Source of the DNA: Perkinsela sp. CCAP 1560/9
Taxonomy: Eukaryota; Protista; Euglenozoa: Kinetoplastea
Reading direction: 5' to 3'
Length of the DNA: 64,000 nt
Assembly: GCA_965644495.1 (NCBI GenBank)
Contig: CBFFSA010000001.1
Coordinates: forward strand, 3,348,001 to 3,412,000
Shown here: in pieces, positions 55,101-64,000 of the stretch
Layout: every line of letters begins with the position of its first letter
How positions within the stretch are numbered: the first letter of the stretch is position 1
Notes under the pieces: generated by a model
The model's database searches: none
What the model was told of the DNA's origin: nothing
Seen by the model: only the letters and a program-made list of their open reading frames with translations
Program-made: the position numbers and the translations under genes

Positions 55101-56953
55101 CACTATTAAGTCCTCTTCTTCCTCTTCTTCTTGACAAAAGCGCAGCGATTCGAGGACAAGCCGAAAGCATGTTAGAATACGTTGTACCGAACGTCGGATA
55201 TGATGCTGCTGTTAAGGCGACTCTGGTGCTTAAACCTGTCGAACAACAACTCATTCGTGATTCTCTTGATCGCTTCAAGGGAATAAGTTCTGACTTAGAC
55301 GTCAGTATTACGGCGCAAAAAAACGAGAGCAACGCTCAACCCACCATACATGAATCAGTGCACTTACCACAAGAGAATCGAACAAATGTACACGTAGATT
55401 CGGGCAAGAAAGCTGCGAAACAGAGTGAAGAAGTAAAAACTGAAGTTTTTCTGCATGTGAAAAAAGAGGGAGTCATTCCAGTTAGTGCCGAAACCTCCAA
55501 CTTAGTACCTTCCAATCCTTCACAAGGTTCTAAGGTGGGGGTACGTGGTGAACTCGACGACCATAACGTCCACGATTTTTCTAAATCAAACTCTACTATC
55601 TTCAATTCAAAACCAAGTCCAAATGTGGAAGTAGGTCTGTCTGCACCGATGACTTTGCCGACTGAAGTAATACCAGCACCAGCTTCTCACAGTTTACGAG
55701 AATCGTGTCACATTATTGGGTATGGAGCGATCGAGCAAGCTCTTTATCAATGCCAGGAATGGATTCGGGCGCTACAAGGTACAACGCCCATAGCCTGCCT
55801 CGTTAGCGAAAAGGAAGTTTCTTCGCTCTTTCGTGCGTTGCTACATAGACTGCACAATGTGCTCGAAAACATTGCTGTGAATACCAAGCCTGCCTTTCAA
55901 AGATTGGTAGGGGCTCTACAGGCTCTTGCAAAACGTAAAGATTTAGTGAGCCGCATGAGGACCGTCGATCTCCAGGAGCATTTCGCCAGCATGCTACAAG
56001 CCTTACTTGAGAGCAACAATGTTGAGGATACGAGTTTCTCCAAGTCACTAAATTCACTCATTCTAAGCATGATTGAGTGCAGTGAACTTTCATCGTGCCT
56101 TGAGTCTCTCATTTTACGTCTTATTGTTGTTACCCGGAGCTACTTTGTTTCCACAACGCGTTCGAATCACAAGCTGGTTGAAATCACGGTGAAATGTCTG
56201 CTTAAGGCTGGTCGCCGTATGAATCAAGAATTGCCATTGGAGTACAAAGCTGTGTTATCCGCAGCTCATCGTTTTCTAAGAGATCACCCGCCTTCCTCCT
56301 TTGAGGGCAAGGATGACCTTGCACTACGCACGATAAAGACCCTTTTGTATGATATGACGCGAATATCAGGACCCGCCGTGCGAACCGCGTGTGAGGAATT
56401 ATCTCCGGAAGGTTCCATGATTTCAAGTTTTGTTGAACTCAACTTGCGAAAACTATCCATTTCGGTGTCTGCCTCGCAGAGTACCCCAGCGAGAAACTCA
56501 TTCGTACCCCCCGTCCAACTTTCCGAGAAGCAACATACCCCCTGGAAGGCGAAACCGAGTGGGGAAACTTCTGCTCCCGCGGCACCCATACCGAACTCAA
56601 CACCGACTCGGTCTCTCGCCGGGGCGTTCACTCCGCAGCATCGAAGAGCCGCGAGTCCCTTGACGCATCCGCCGGGATCCGGGCCACACGTCACAGCCAC
56701 ACCTGCGGATGATCCTCTCCAGGGGATCTTCGGTAAAATTCGAATGCTCAACCACACGGAACAAGGCATGAGGGAACTTTACCAGTACGCAAAGTGCAAC
56801 CCAACGGTCGACATGGGACCGCATTTCTATCGATGCAGTGAGGCGTTTCAGACTTATATTGCCCGTCGCTTGAAGAAATATTTCGATGAAGATGTGCGCT
56901 CAGGCGCTCTCCCGGCGGATTTTCCTATTCCTATTCCAAGTCTACAACGTTAA
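52163..56953 (+). CDS. XMAP215: XMAP215/ch-TOG microtubule polymerase
   Basis: TOG domains with WKARK, KWQER and DWSVRR; HEAT repeats; C-terminal conserved LRTIKT region. Confidence 0.9.
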   Translation: MDTEYPETADVDYSEYPLKDLLSHKEWKARKVGYERLRDLSAKSNLPDPLQYVELIPSFLKEPNVAVLEVAFEALHGLLKQLNVPHSVEDSVLSTLCEKGLSGRPRALRATLDALVELVAMGNGQAVVEALLLHASSKSPKGRHGVLQAVRRLLQEFGSVFDSKLKPLLKSLTTLVNDSDKNVRKEALGVFVVLYRHIGDTIRPFLADLRDVQKEELEKEFAGVSNTQPQTYRPLHGNLTDVTVTKASVRHGESQSVSTTFVAATPLAGIELHDATPVLSKLPKAFIGTVMNKGLKWQERNEMVQENLTPLIKAPRLKEDDYTELVKCLRSLVLDSQLPLQVVGIRSIGSLASGLSTHFSPYVRLVAPCLFDKFKEKKKGHLEALWLTLNTFLDCVLSFSDIFDDWEVAVTSKVPHQRVNALEWACAALTKHNNATHTNRIHQASNLIKKLLSDDKAEVRSSSQKLQSVLNGCKIENQAAKTRPEVHEPLRKIHEKDARVRERTPSKLQGGTHAKLFKTVNKEVSSLIVDQSPAKVNTEVKPYSFSETIGLESKPRECDEAINDLTTCFPHEIITQLSNRDWSVRRDAVRYMLETVRSWSESEVIGSIESLVSLLHYSPSWKENNMYTLVEMLSLLKALLIPLSQSTIIPSFIARLMIEGPFPRLIDSRCQPTIYEIYDLVAKMHGSQFLVTHVAYLTSKNISNAKLACEGMLYMQHSIEQHPSDPTDTSLIVHMGKMGLAHLQPSVREVTAILVTAASRVNKENLAKHMEEIKPQLRGALESSIDRVLDNQSGRHPYSTSASTKTNYSSQVSSKDNIDLTSNELVKKFERCADWQDYSKLLKLLESELSCQQKPIKFSCLGELVKHFCVRLEEPNKNIVLETLHSMLLLFHAIEGGIKPVCRVVIMSTMPLLGDLKPALRQAAFDLAEVCVQHGNFDTIVPVMLRGMCAESTHARQLALELALLFTSRNAPFDRGALSALLSPLLPLLLDKSAAIRGQAESMLEYVVPNVGYDAAVKATLVLKPVEQQLIRDSLDRFKGISSDLDVSITAQKNESNAQPTIHESVHLPQENRTNVHVDSGKKAAKQSEEVKTEVFLHVKKEGVIPVSAETSNLVPSNPSQGSKVGVRGELDDHNVHDFSKSNSTIFNSKPSPNVEVGLSAPMTLPTEVIPAPASHSLRESCHIIGYGAIEQALYQCQEWIRALQGTTPIACLVSEKEVSSLFRALLHRLHNVLENIAVNTKPAFQRLVGALQALAKRKDLVSRMRTVDLQEHFASMLQALLESNNVEDTSFSKSLNSLILSMIECSELSSCLESLILRLIVVTRSYFVSTTRSNHKLVEITVKCLLKAGRRMNQELPLEYKAVLSAAHRFLRDHPPSSFEGKDDLALRTIKTLLYDMTRISGPAVRTACEELSPEGSMISSFVELNLRKLSISVSASQSTPARNSFVPPVQLSEKQHTPWKAKPSGETSAPAAPIPNSTPTRSLAGAFTPQHRRAASPLTHPPGSGPHVTATPADDPLQGIFGKIRMLNHTEQGMRELYQYAKCNPTVDMGPHFYRCSEAFQTYIARRLKKYFDEDVRSGALPADFPIPIPSLQR

Positions 56954-57379
56954 AAAGAGCTGCGGGTTGTAGAGCAGTTGCATAAAAGTAGATCTCTTTC
57001 TTAGACACGTAGGGTGCACACACGTATCATGCTTTTTTAGAAACAGCTCGCCCGAGTTGTGCAGTTCGGTGTGGCAAATTCTACGTACTTGTCTTCATAC
57101 ATTGAGCAATGTTGCAAGGCGGATAGTGATATTTTGTATTTGCACTATATTCGCCTATAACACTTATAGGAAAATACTTAGATTTAATGCGATAAGTTGA
57201 TTATTACGCCCTAAAAATTTGTTGTGGTGTTATTATTAAAAACGTGAAAAAAATTGCTTTTTTAGTTACGGCACGCTGCGTTGATAAACCACTGCAATCT
57301 TTTATTTTCTTCCAATATCTAAGGCGTATGTTTACATACCAATCAGTCTTGTAACATATCTCTGTTGAACGCCATTCGA

Positions 57380-58051
57380 ATGCCTGTGACTCCCGGCAAT
57401 TGTAAAGACGAAAGGTGTTCCTGGTCGAAGGCCCTATTGTTAGCGCTGTTTAATCAACAAATGGTTCTCGTGCACGAACTTCTCAAGGAAATGTCCCCGT
57501 TGACAACATCAGATTTACAATTACCTGACCAAAGCATCAGCTTTTCTCATGTGTGTTACGCTGTAGAGGCCGATATTTCTACGGACGATCTCTCAATTCT
57601 TCTTTGTTTATGTACCCCCAGTGATCTTACAAGCTGTGTGGCCTTTGTTTCACTCAACTACACAAGCTGCAAAAACGATGTACTGCATGATACTATAAAT
57701 CGTCTTTCATCTCAAGAGAAGGAAATGCTTTCATGGATGTTACTACTCCTTGTCAACGAACACCGGTGGGAATATTTTAACTTGCTGTGCTCGAAAGGTG
57801 TACTGCCGCCATCGCATGATCAAACGATATGGACTTCTTTATTCGAACTATCGCTCAAGGAGGGAACGTCAGAATGGATTGAGGCTGGATTAGGAAATGC
57901 CGAAGTGCAGACTCAACCTAGGATAAATCCCGAATTGGCTGCACAAATCGTGAACAAATGTGATGTGCATTTAAAAAGTGGGATTTTGGAGCCTCAAAAA
58001 CACGATTTGATTAGGTCTATTCGGCGTACAATTTTAAATTCTCTCCAATAG
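57380..58051 (+). CDS. Hypothetical protein (~223 aa)
   Basis: Open frame on the coding strand with helical, Leu-rich composition. Confidence 0.6.
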   Translation: MPVTPGNCKDERCSWSKALLLALFNQQMVLVHELLKEMSPLTTSDLQLPDQSISFSHVCYAVEADISTDDLSILLCLCTPSDLTSCVAFVSLNYTSCKNDVLHDTINRLSSQEKEMLSWMLLLLVNEHRWEYFNLLCSKGVLPPSHDQTIWTSLFELSLKEGTSEWIEAGLGNAEVQTQPRINPELAAQIVNKCDVHLKSGILEPQKHDLIRSIRRTILNSLQ

Positions 58052-58583
58052 TCAGCAATGTGGTATTAGTGGATGATCAAGATGAGATCAAATACCCCGT
58101 TCAGGGAGATCATCTAATTCGCTAGTGGCCGATTTGATGGTGCTTATCCATTTCCGGACCCGGACTTTATTATAACGGACACATTTCTTCATTATGTCAG
58201 GATTCGAAGAATACGCCGTTTGAACTCATCCTTCTCTCTTTCACTCTCGAAAAAGGGAAAACACTTTTCCGACAGTTTCGAATTTCTTTTCGAACAGTTT
58301 TGAATTTCTGAACAGTTTCGAATTTCTTTTGGAGGACCATTTCGATAGTTACAGTAATGTGTAGTTAGTAGTACAGTAAGTAGTACACTTTAGTGTGTAT
58401 TTTATCATAGCCTGAAAGTGCAGTGAAAATGTTCAACATAGTGCATACAGTTTGTATAATTTTTTCATGCCATCACTCTATACAGTAAAAGGCGGCTCGT
58501 ATTATTTGTAATAAGTGTAATTATCACTGCGCAGAATAAAAAAAACGAAGTATAAAATGGTTTCTTAATTACACCATTAATCC

Positions 58584-59276
58584 ATGATTTCCACCATTCG
58601 CGGGGACATTCTATGCAGATCTCTGAGGCATATCCCAGCTCTTGGCTTTACTCGAGAAACCTTTGAGACGGCAGCGAGAGAAGCTAGACTCTCTCCTATG
58701 AGCATCTCTTCAATTTTCCCCCGAGGGCCTGTCGAGCTCGTTGAGTTTGTCCTCCAAACGGCAAACAAATCGACAGTATGCGCCTTACAAGAATTAATAA
58801 GCTCCGCGCAAAATTCTGAAAGCTTAAATGAATTTCAAGGGACTAAGGGTGTTCAGTCGGCATGTAGAACGCGTTCAAGCGAATGGCAAAAGGATTTACA
58901 TTCACAATATACTAGCTTGAAGCCAGAGATCATCCCATCTCTCTCTTCAGCGGATGTGGTGAAGCATGGACTTTCGCACCGTATTTCTTGCATCACACCG
59001 TACGCCGCACACTGGACTACAGCGATACGATTAGGGCTTCAGTCTACGTCCATAGCACGGGTATTATGCCTTACACGAGAGCTTGCGGATGAGATTTCCT
59101 ACTACGCAGAAACATACGAGGTGGCAAACTATGGAATACGGTGGTACATGAAAAGGGGAGTTCTAATGGGGTTATATGCTGCAGCTGAAATGCATATGGT
59201 GGGAGACAATACGGTTCACAAAAGATCAACTCATGAATTTGTAGGGAAGCAAGTGGATATGTTATGGAAAGCGTAA
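58584..59276 (+). CDS. COQ9: Ubiquinone biosynthesis protein COQ9
   Basis: FPRGPVELV, LADEI.YYA and WYMKR..L..LYAAAE.HM..D. Confidence 0.88.
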   Translation: MISTIRGDILCRSLRHIPALGFTRETFETAAREARLSPMSISSIFPRGPVELVEFVLQTANKSTVCALQELISSAQNSESLNEFQGTKGVQSACRTRSSEWQKDLHSQYTSLKPEIIPSLSSADVVKHGLSHRISCITPYAAHWTTAIRLGLQSTSIARVLCLTRELADEISYYAETYEVANYGIRWYMKRGVLMGLYAAAEMHMVGDNTVHKRSTHEFVGKQVDMLWKA

Positions 59277-59935
59277 ATTGTGTTTTTCCGCTTCTTTCAT
59301 CATTTCCTCACTTCTAGTACGCTAAGTAAGGATACCGCCATGTTTTCGAGGGTATGTTCCAATCAATGTGAAGTCAACAACTTCCATGTACATGTAGTGG
59401 GCAACACTTGTAAATGAAAGTAATAGCGCATGAGACTCGTGCTCCCTCCTTGGAATACCAACTTACATGTGTTGCAAATTCGCACTCCAAGTCATATCTC
59501 TTTTCGTGGACTAGGGATACTCCCGCATTCCTCGTGTGGGATGTACCTTCGTGGAGAAGCTAATTCTGGGATTCGGTGGCGCTTTCGTTGTGCTTTATTT
59601 TTCGATTGCTTTCCTTCGATCCCTTTCTTGCGTAGTACCACTGCGCATGTTTCCTTCAAGTTTCTTCCTCCAAAATCCGTCAAAAAGGTCGCCACTCAAC
59701 ATCGTGAAATATCAAAAATAACGTTCTTGGAATCTCGTGGAAAGACAGGGTTCCCCGAGCTTGACATTCGAAGCTACATGTCCCAAAATATGATAGAGTT
59801 TTTCATACAGCAGAAGATCAAATATAGAGAAGCGAGCGGGGATTATGTCTCTGACTTTTCCCAAATCTGGCTTTCACTCGTATTATTAAATAGTTTGAAC
59901 TTTTTCATCGGTATGTTCATTATCAAAGTATAAGT

Positions 59936-60724
59936 ATGTCCCGGGCATTTAGTTATGCTGGAAAATTTGCGGGGTTGATCCTTTTTCCTCCTCTTGGCGC
60001 TTACACCATATCAAAGGCAATGGACTATTTTTCACTCGTGCATCATGAATCCACAAAACTATCTGTTTCGACACCTCGAAACTCAATTGGTGTACCTGAT
60101 CACTCAACGTCGTTCGTCTTACGCCGCACATCCGATGGGAAGGAACTTTCGGAAAAACAATTTCTTCGTGAGACTACTCATTGGACTCTTCTCTATTTCG
60201 GCTTTGCACAATGCGTTGAGGTTTGTCCCAATAGTATCCGGTACATCTGCAGATTGATCAAAGAAATACGAAATTCGGAAAAACAAATTGTAGGAAACAA
60301 GCGTGACGCAAAGGAATCTCTCGAAAACGAGGCCTCGAACGCCTTTCAGGAGAATGGTGGCAGTGCGAACGAAGTTCGGGGAGCATTCGTCACACTAGAT
60401 CCCATTCGGGATGGGTCTCAGCAAGTTGAATTATTTTTGAATACTCATTGTGACCGTTCTACTAGAGAATTTTTTGATGGTTATGCCGGGAATCCAACCG
60501 ATACGATATCTGTGGCTCAAGTTTGGAGAGTTTATTTTTCATCACCAGAAAAGGATGAACAAAAATCTAACCCAGAGTATCAAATTGACCACTCTAACTT
60601 CATATTTCTAGTTTCTCCATCTGGAAAATTCGTTGATTTTTTTGCAAAAGATATGCCTGAAGAAATGGTTGTAGAAAAAATAAAAATGCACATGGAAGGC
60701 GCTTATGACATTGATGTGTATTAA
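59936..60724 (+). CDS. SCO1: SCO1/SenC copper chaperone
   Basis: N-terminal TM, LYFGF..CVEVCP, FVTLDP.RD and YQIDHS..FLV.P.G. Confidence 0.92.
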   Translation: MSRAFSYAGKFAGLILFPPLGAYTISKAMDYFSLVHHESTKLSVSTPRNSIGVPDHSTSFVLRRTSDGKELSEKQFLRETTHWTLLYFGFAQCVEVCPNSIRYICRLIKEIRNSEKQIVGNKRDAKESLENEASNAFQENGGSANEVRGAFVTLDPIRDGSQQVELFLNTHCDRSTREFFDGYAGNPTDTISVAQVWRVYFSSPEKDEQKSNPEYQIDHSNFIFLVSPSGKFVDFFAKDMPEEMVVEKIKMHMEGAYDIDVY

Positions 60725-60749
60725 ATCACTCACTCCGAGCATCTACATT

Positions 60750-60809
60750 TGAAGGGCTGCGGGTGTGATCTCGCGTGATCTCGCTTTGAACCTCGCCCGC
60801 AGCCCCTCA
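60750..60809. mobile_element. Minimal 60-bp TGAGGGGCTGCGGGTG-family MITE
   Basis: TGAAGGGCTGCGGGTG ... CGCCCGCAGCCCCTCA with two internal GATCTCGC units. Confidence 0.65.
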
Positions 60810-61394
60810 TCTCTTAGCACCGTACTGCATCACTGTGTGCCCGTCACCTCACGGAGGAAGCTTTTTTTTTCCGCTGTATCTTCTCGGAGATATATCCCCC
60901 GTGAAGATCACACTTGTCCTGAAGTGGACGCGAACTCACGTTCAACGGGCGGGACTTGGTCTCCTCTACTCAAGTCCCCACTTTTACTACAGACCTCCCT
61001 GATTTAAGTGTATTCAAAAGTAGGAAGGACAGCACCTCCCAAGACTTACATTCCATAGGTTACATTGTTCTAATGATACAGACGCGCTGTTTCTCTGCTT
61101 TTTTGTTGTAAATATTGCAGCTGTGACACAAATTCTATTGTTTTCTGGTCGCGTGCAATATGCCTTCAAAGGGCAACCTGAAAGAGTATTTTCTTCGCTC
61201 CTCTATAATGCTCTCTGACATTTCAATCTAAGAACACCTCCGTGATCCTCCTCTGGAGTCCCAACGTTCATGCCAAAGACATAAGGATTTTTTTCGAGTC
61301 AACAAAGAAATGACAAAAGTTATTAGAAAAGCATCCCCCAACTCAAAGGAAGTATAGGATTTTCAGCGGAGCTCTGATTCTTTTAAGTAAAATA

Positions 61395-61718
61395 CTGTAC
61401 CCCCTCTGTTTATAATAGCCTCGACCCCTCCCCCCCTTTATAGGTTCTTTTTTTTTGGCAAACCGAGGAATATTTTTTTTAATTTCTTGCACCGTCTTAA
61501 ATGTTTTGATATTTTCACATGGTTCTTCGAGGTATGGCGAGGGGTGGTGCTGGACATTTTACTTTGACAGAGCGCCGGGGCCCACTTAGCGATTGAATAA
61601 TTACTGGTTCCTCGCTCCCAAATGTAGGGCGATTCCTGTGCCAACTTTTAATCGCCTTCCCCCCTTTATAGGTTCATTTGGGCAAAAGCGAGGCTATTAT
61701 AAACGGGGGGGGGTACAG
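61395..61718. mobile_element. 324-bp Tc1/pogo-type MITE
   Basis: TA|CTGTACCCCCTCTGTTTATAATAGCCTCG mirrored by CGAGGCTATTATAAACGGGGGGGGGTACAG; internal direct repeat CCCCCTTTATAGGTTC. Confidence 0.8.
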
Positions 61719-61771
61719 AACTTAAACATCTTGAAATTCTTTAATATGCTTTCCTTTCGATCCTAAAAAGC

Positions 61772-62704
61772 ATGATTAAATTTCTTTTGGTAGCGTCCTC
61801 CGTCATCGGGGTTGATCCGCCATCAAAAAAAGGCAGGGTACATAGCTCATTGCTTCCTCAACAAATGCAGCTCTCCGGTTTCATTCGAAACCTGTCTAAT
61901 ATACCGGAATCATGGACAGCAGAAAATGACATTTGTCAGTGGGACCACGTGGTGTGTGAGCAGAACACAGTACGGGAACTTAACTGGCAGCGAAGGATTT
62001 TTGGATTCGGAAGCACTATGCCACTCAAGTTGCGGGGTAATATCTCATGGGAATATCTTCCACAAACGTTTCACGTTGTACGACTTGCCGAACAGGAGTT
62101 ACAAGGGCAAATGAAAAGTGACCTTCCTCCCGAATTGCAACAGCTAATGATTAATGAAAATGACTTTTTGGGACCTCTGGATTACGATTTACTTCCTGAA
62201 ACGATGAAACTATTCGTGATAAATGGTAACTATTTGGGCGGTAGCACGGATCTCGCTCATTTGCCACATGGGATGCAAAGGTTCGAAGTTTCCAGAAATA
62301 ACATTAAGGGAACTATTTGCATGGCTCTTCTACCGCGCGGTTTAATGTGTCTCAATTTGAAGAAAAACAATTTTAGCGGCTTGATCCATTTATCGGAACT
62401 TCCGCGCATGCTTATGGTAATGTCCCTGGGGTGCAATAGATTCGAAGGAGATCTTGTATTAAAGAATCTACCACCTCTTATCAGTGATGTCGACTTAAGT
62501 GGAAATCAACTACGAGGGAAATTATTTTTGGAAGGTGTTCCAATGAAACTGAGTGTGTTACATCTTAACGGAAATCTTTTTACAGGAGTTGCGGATTTTC
62601 GTGGCCTTCCACATGGACTCAGGAAGGTAACTATTGATCGTGTGGAAAGCTTAAAATTTATTCCCGATCCACCAAATTTTCCTGTTCAAATCACCAATGA
62701 ATGA
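61772..62704 (+). CDS. Leucine-rich repeat protein (23-aa repeats) with signal peptide
   Basis: MIKFLLVASSVIG, cap SW..DICQWDHVVC and ~8 repeats. Confidence 0.88.
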   Translation: MIKFLLVASSVIGVDPPSKKGRVHSSLLPQQMQLSGFIRNLSNIPESWTAENDICQWDHVVCEQNTVRELNWQRRIFGFGSTMPLKLRGNISWEYLPQTFHVVRLAEQELQGQMKSDLPPELQQLMINENDFLGPLDYDLLPETMKLFVINGNYLGGSTDLAHLPHGMQRFEVSRNNIKGTICMALLPRGLMCLNLKKNNFSGLIHLSELPRMLMVMSLGCNRFEGDLVLKNLPPLISDVDLSGNQLRGKLFLEGVPMKLSVLHLNGNLFTGVADFRGLPHGLRKVTIDRVESLKFIPDPPNFPVQITNE

Positions 62705-63090
62705 GAACGTGACATACAACTCTATTTGTACTGAACCGCGTATAGTTTGAGCCTCAGTACATATTGAAAATTTCGGTGAAATTTTTATTCTGTGTCTAAG
62801 ATGGAGATGCCTTGAAATGTAGACGACAATTGAAGATGATCTCAGAATTTCTGATATCATAAATGTTTCGCTTCGTACTTGTTTTCTACTATCTTGTATT
62901 CTGTGAACTCTGATTCCTTTTTCCCTAATTTTAGGTAGTTTCTGGTCCAATAACATTTATCTCCTTTTACATGTACATTTCTATGTACGTTTCGTACGTT
63001 TTAGTAGCTTATCAATAACCTATAGGCCACTCCATCGCATAATGTAATGATCGATTAGTGCTACATATCTTTTCAAATTTTCTCGATTCT

Positions 63091-63891
63091 ATGCCAATTT
63101 TAAGTTCGTTGTTGTTCACCCATGCCCACGCATTTTGTGTAGACCAACATTCAGGATACATGAAGGCTTCAAAAGTAAGGAGTACCAATCTTCCACTCGA
63201 ATACTATCTTGAAAGACTTGTTTCAAACATTGAGAATCCCCTTCCTTCATGGAATATATCTATTCCTGCCTGTGAGTGGCAAGGTGTAAGTTGCAAGGAT
63301 AAAGAAGTACAAGCCTTAGAATGGCAAAAGATTAATATTGGGGGTCAGCTGAACTTCGCATCATTCAAATTCTTTCCTTTTTTGCAAAACATCGACATTG
63401 CATATACCTCTATCTCTGGTTCTATTACACTAGAATCTTTTCCTGAGAGTCTTGAACTGATGACTCTCGCGCGGAACTCTTTTTCCGGACATATTGAATT
63501 GGCTTCTCTTCCATCGAATCTGCAAAAATGCAAGTTGTTTCACAACCAATTATCCGGAGAAATTGATTTAACCCGATTACCGTGCACAGTGGAAGTTTTA
63601 TCCCTCCATGAAAACATGTTTTCAGGGCCTGTAGATCTCACAAAGCTTTCTCCTAAAATGCGTCATCTGGTGCTTTCTGATAATAAATTTGAAGGCTCCA
63701 TCGATGCGACTTCCTTCCCGGAATCTTTAGAACATTTCTGGATCGAAAAGAATCGGTTGTCCGGCATCGTAGATTTAAGGTTAGTTTCTCAAAAGTTGGT
63801 ATTTTTTAATCTTTCTGGGAATTATTTCAAGGAATTCATCGGCCCAGGTCCTCCTTGTGCAACGCTCTACCCGCAGAATCCAGAATTGTAG
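63091..63891 (+). CDS. Leucine-rich repeat protein (23-aa repeats)
   Basis: Cap SWNISIPACEWQGVSC and ~7 repeats; first ATG at 63091. Confidence 0.88.
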   Translation: MPILSSLLFTHAHAFCVDQHSGYMKASKVRSTNLPLEYYLERLVSNIENPLPSWNISIPACEWQGVSCKDKEVQALEWQKINIGGQLNFASFKFFPFLQNIDIAYTSISGSITLESFPESLELMTLARNSFSGHIELASLPSNLQKCKLFHNQLSGEIDLTRLPCTVEVLSLHENMFSGPVDLTKLSPKMRHLVLSDNKFEGSIDATSFPESLEHFWIEKNRLSGIVDLRLVSQKLVFFNLSGNYFKEFIGPGPPCATLYPQNPEL

Positions 63892-64000
63892 CCTATAGTT
63901 CACGCTATGGATCAGAAATTCTGCAATATATTATAAATTACGAATTGTTTACCAAAGATAATTGCTAAAAAATGAAAAGCTAAATCACTCTGTACATATT

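Noticed and set aside
59430-59933. 167-aa ORF between COQ9 and SCO1
   Set aside because: It has no motif and atypical composition, and ends 2 bp before the SCO1 ATG, leaving no room for trans-splicing signals.

Overview
Eukaryotic DNA organised like a kinetoplastid genome, most probably a Perkinsela-like prokinetoplastid (inference). From ~11 kb to the end there are ~27 intron-less genes, all on the + strand, consistent with one polycistronic unit. They include VID27, THADA/Trm732, FPPS, EFM7, RACK1, eEFSec, a Sep15-like protein, a family-A DNA polymerase, an IGHMBP2-like helicase, a TopBP1-like protein, a TFIIE-beta-like protein, an ML-domain protein, SGT1, NudC, XMAP215, COQ9, SCO1 and five members of a 23-aa-repeat LRR family. 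The first ~11 kb is gene-free and dense in mobile DNA: an intact-looking 3.0-kb Tc1/mariner-type element with an unusual 707-aa DD48E transposase nested in a broken DD35E element, a hAT fragment, MITEs, tandem arrays and a structured-RNA candidate. The most striking observations are: (1) recurrent GC-rich islands where the + strand flips from C/A-rich to G/T-rich regardless of the gene, resembling replication-origin skew switches; (2) a Pol A fused to what looks like a degenerate base-J/TET-associated glycosyltransferase domain; (3) two identical copies of a single-hairpin AGA-box snoRNA, predicted to guide the LSU rRNA pseudouridine equivalent to yeast U2314, bracketing a CRE-clade retroelement remnant. 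All protein calls come from motif recognition by eye; no database searches were run.
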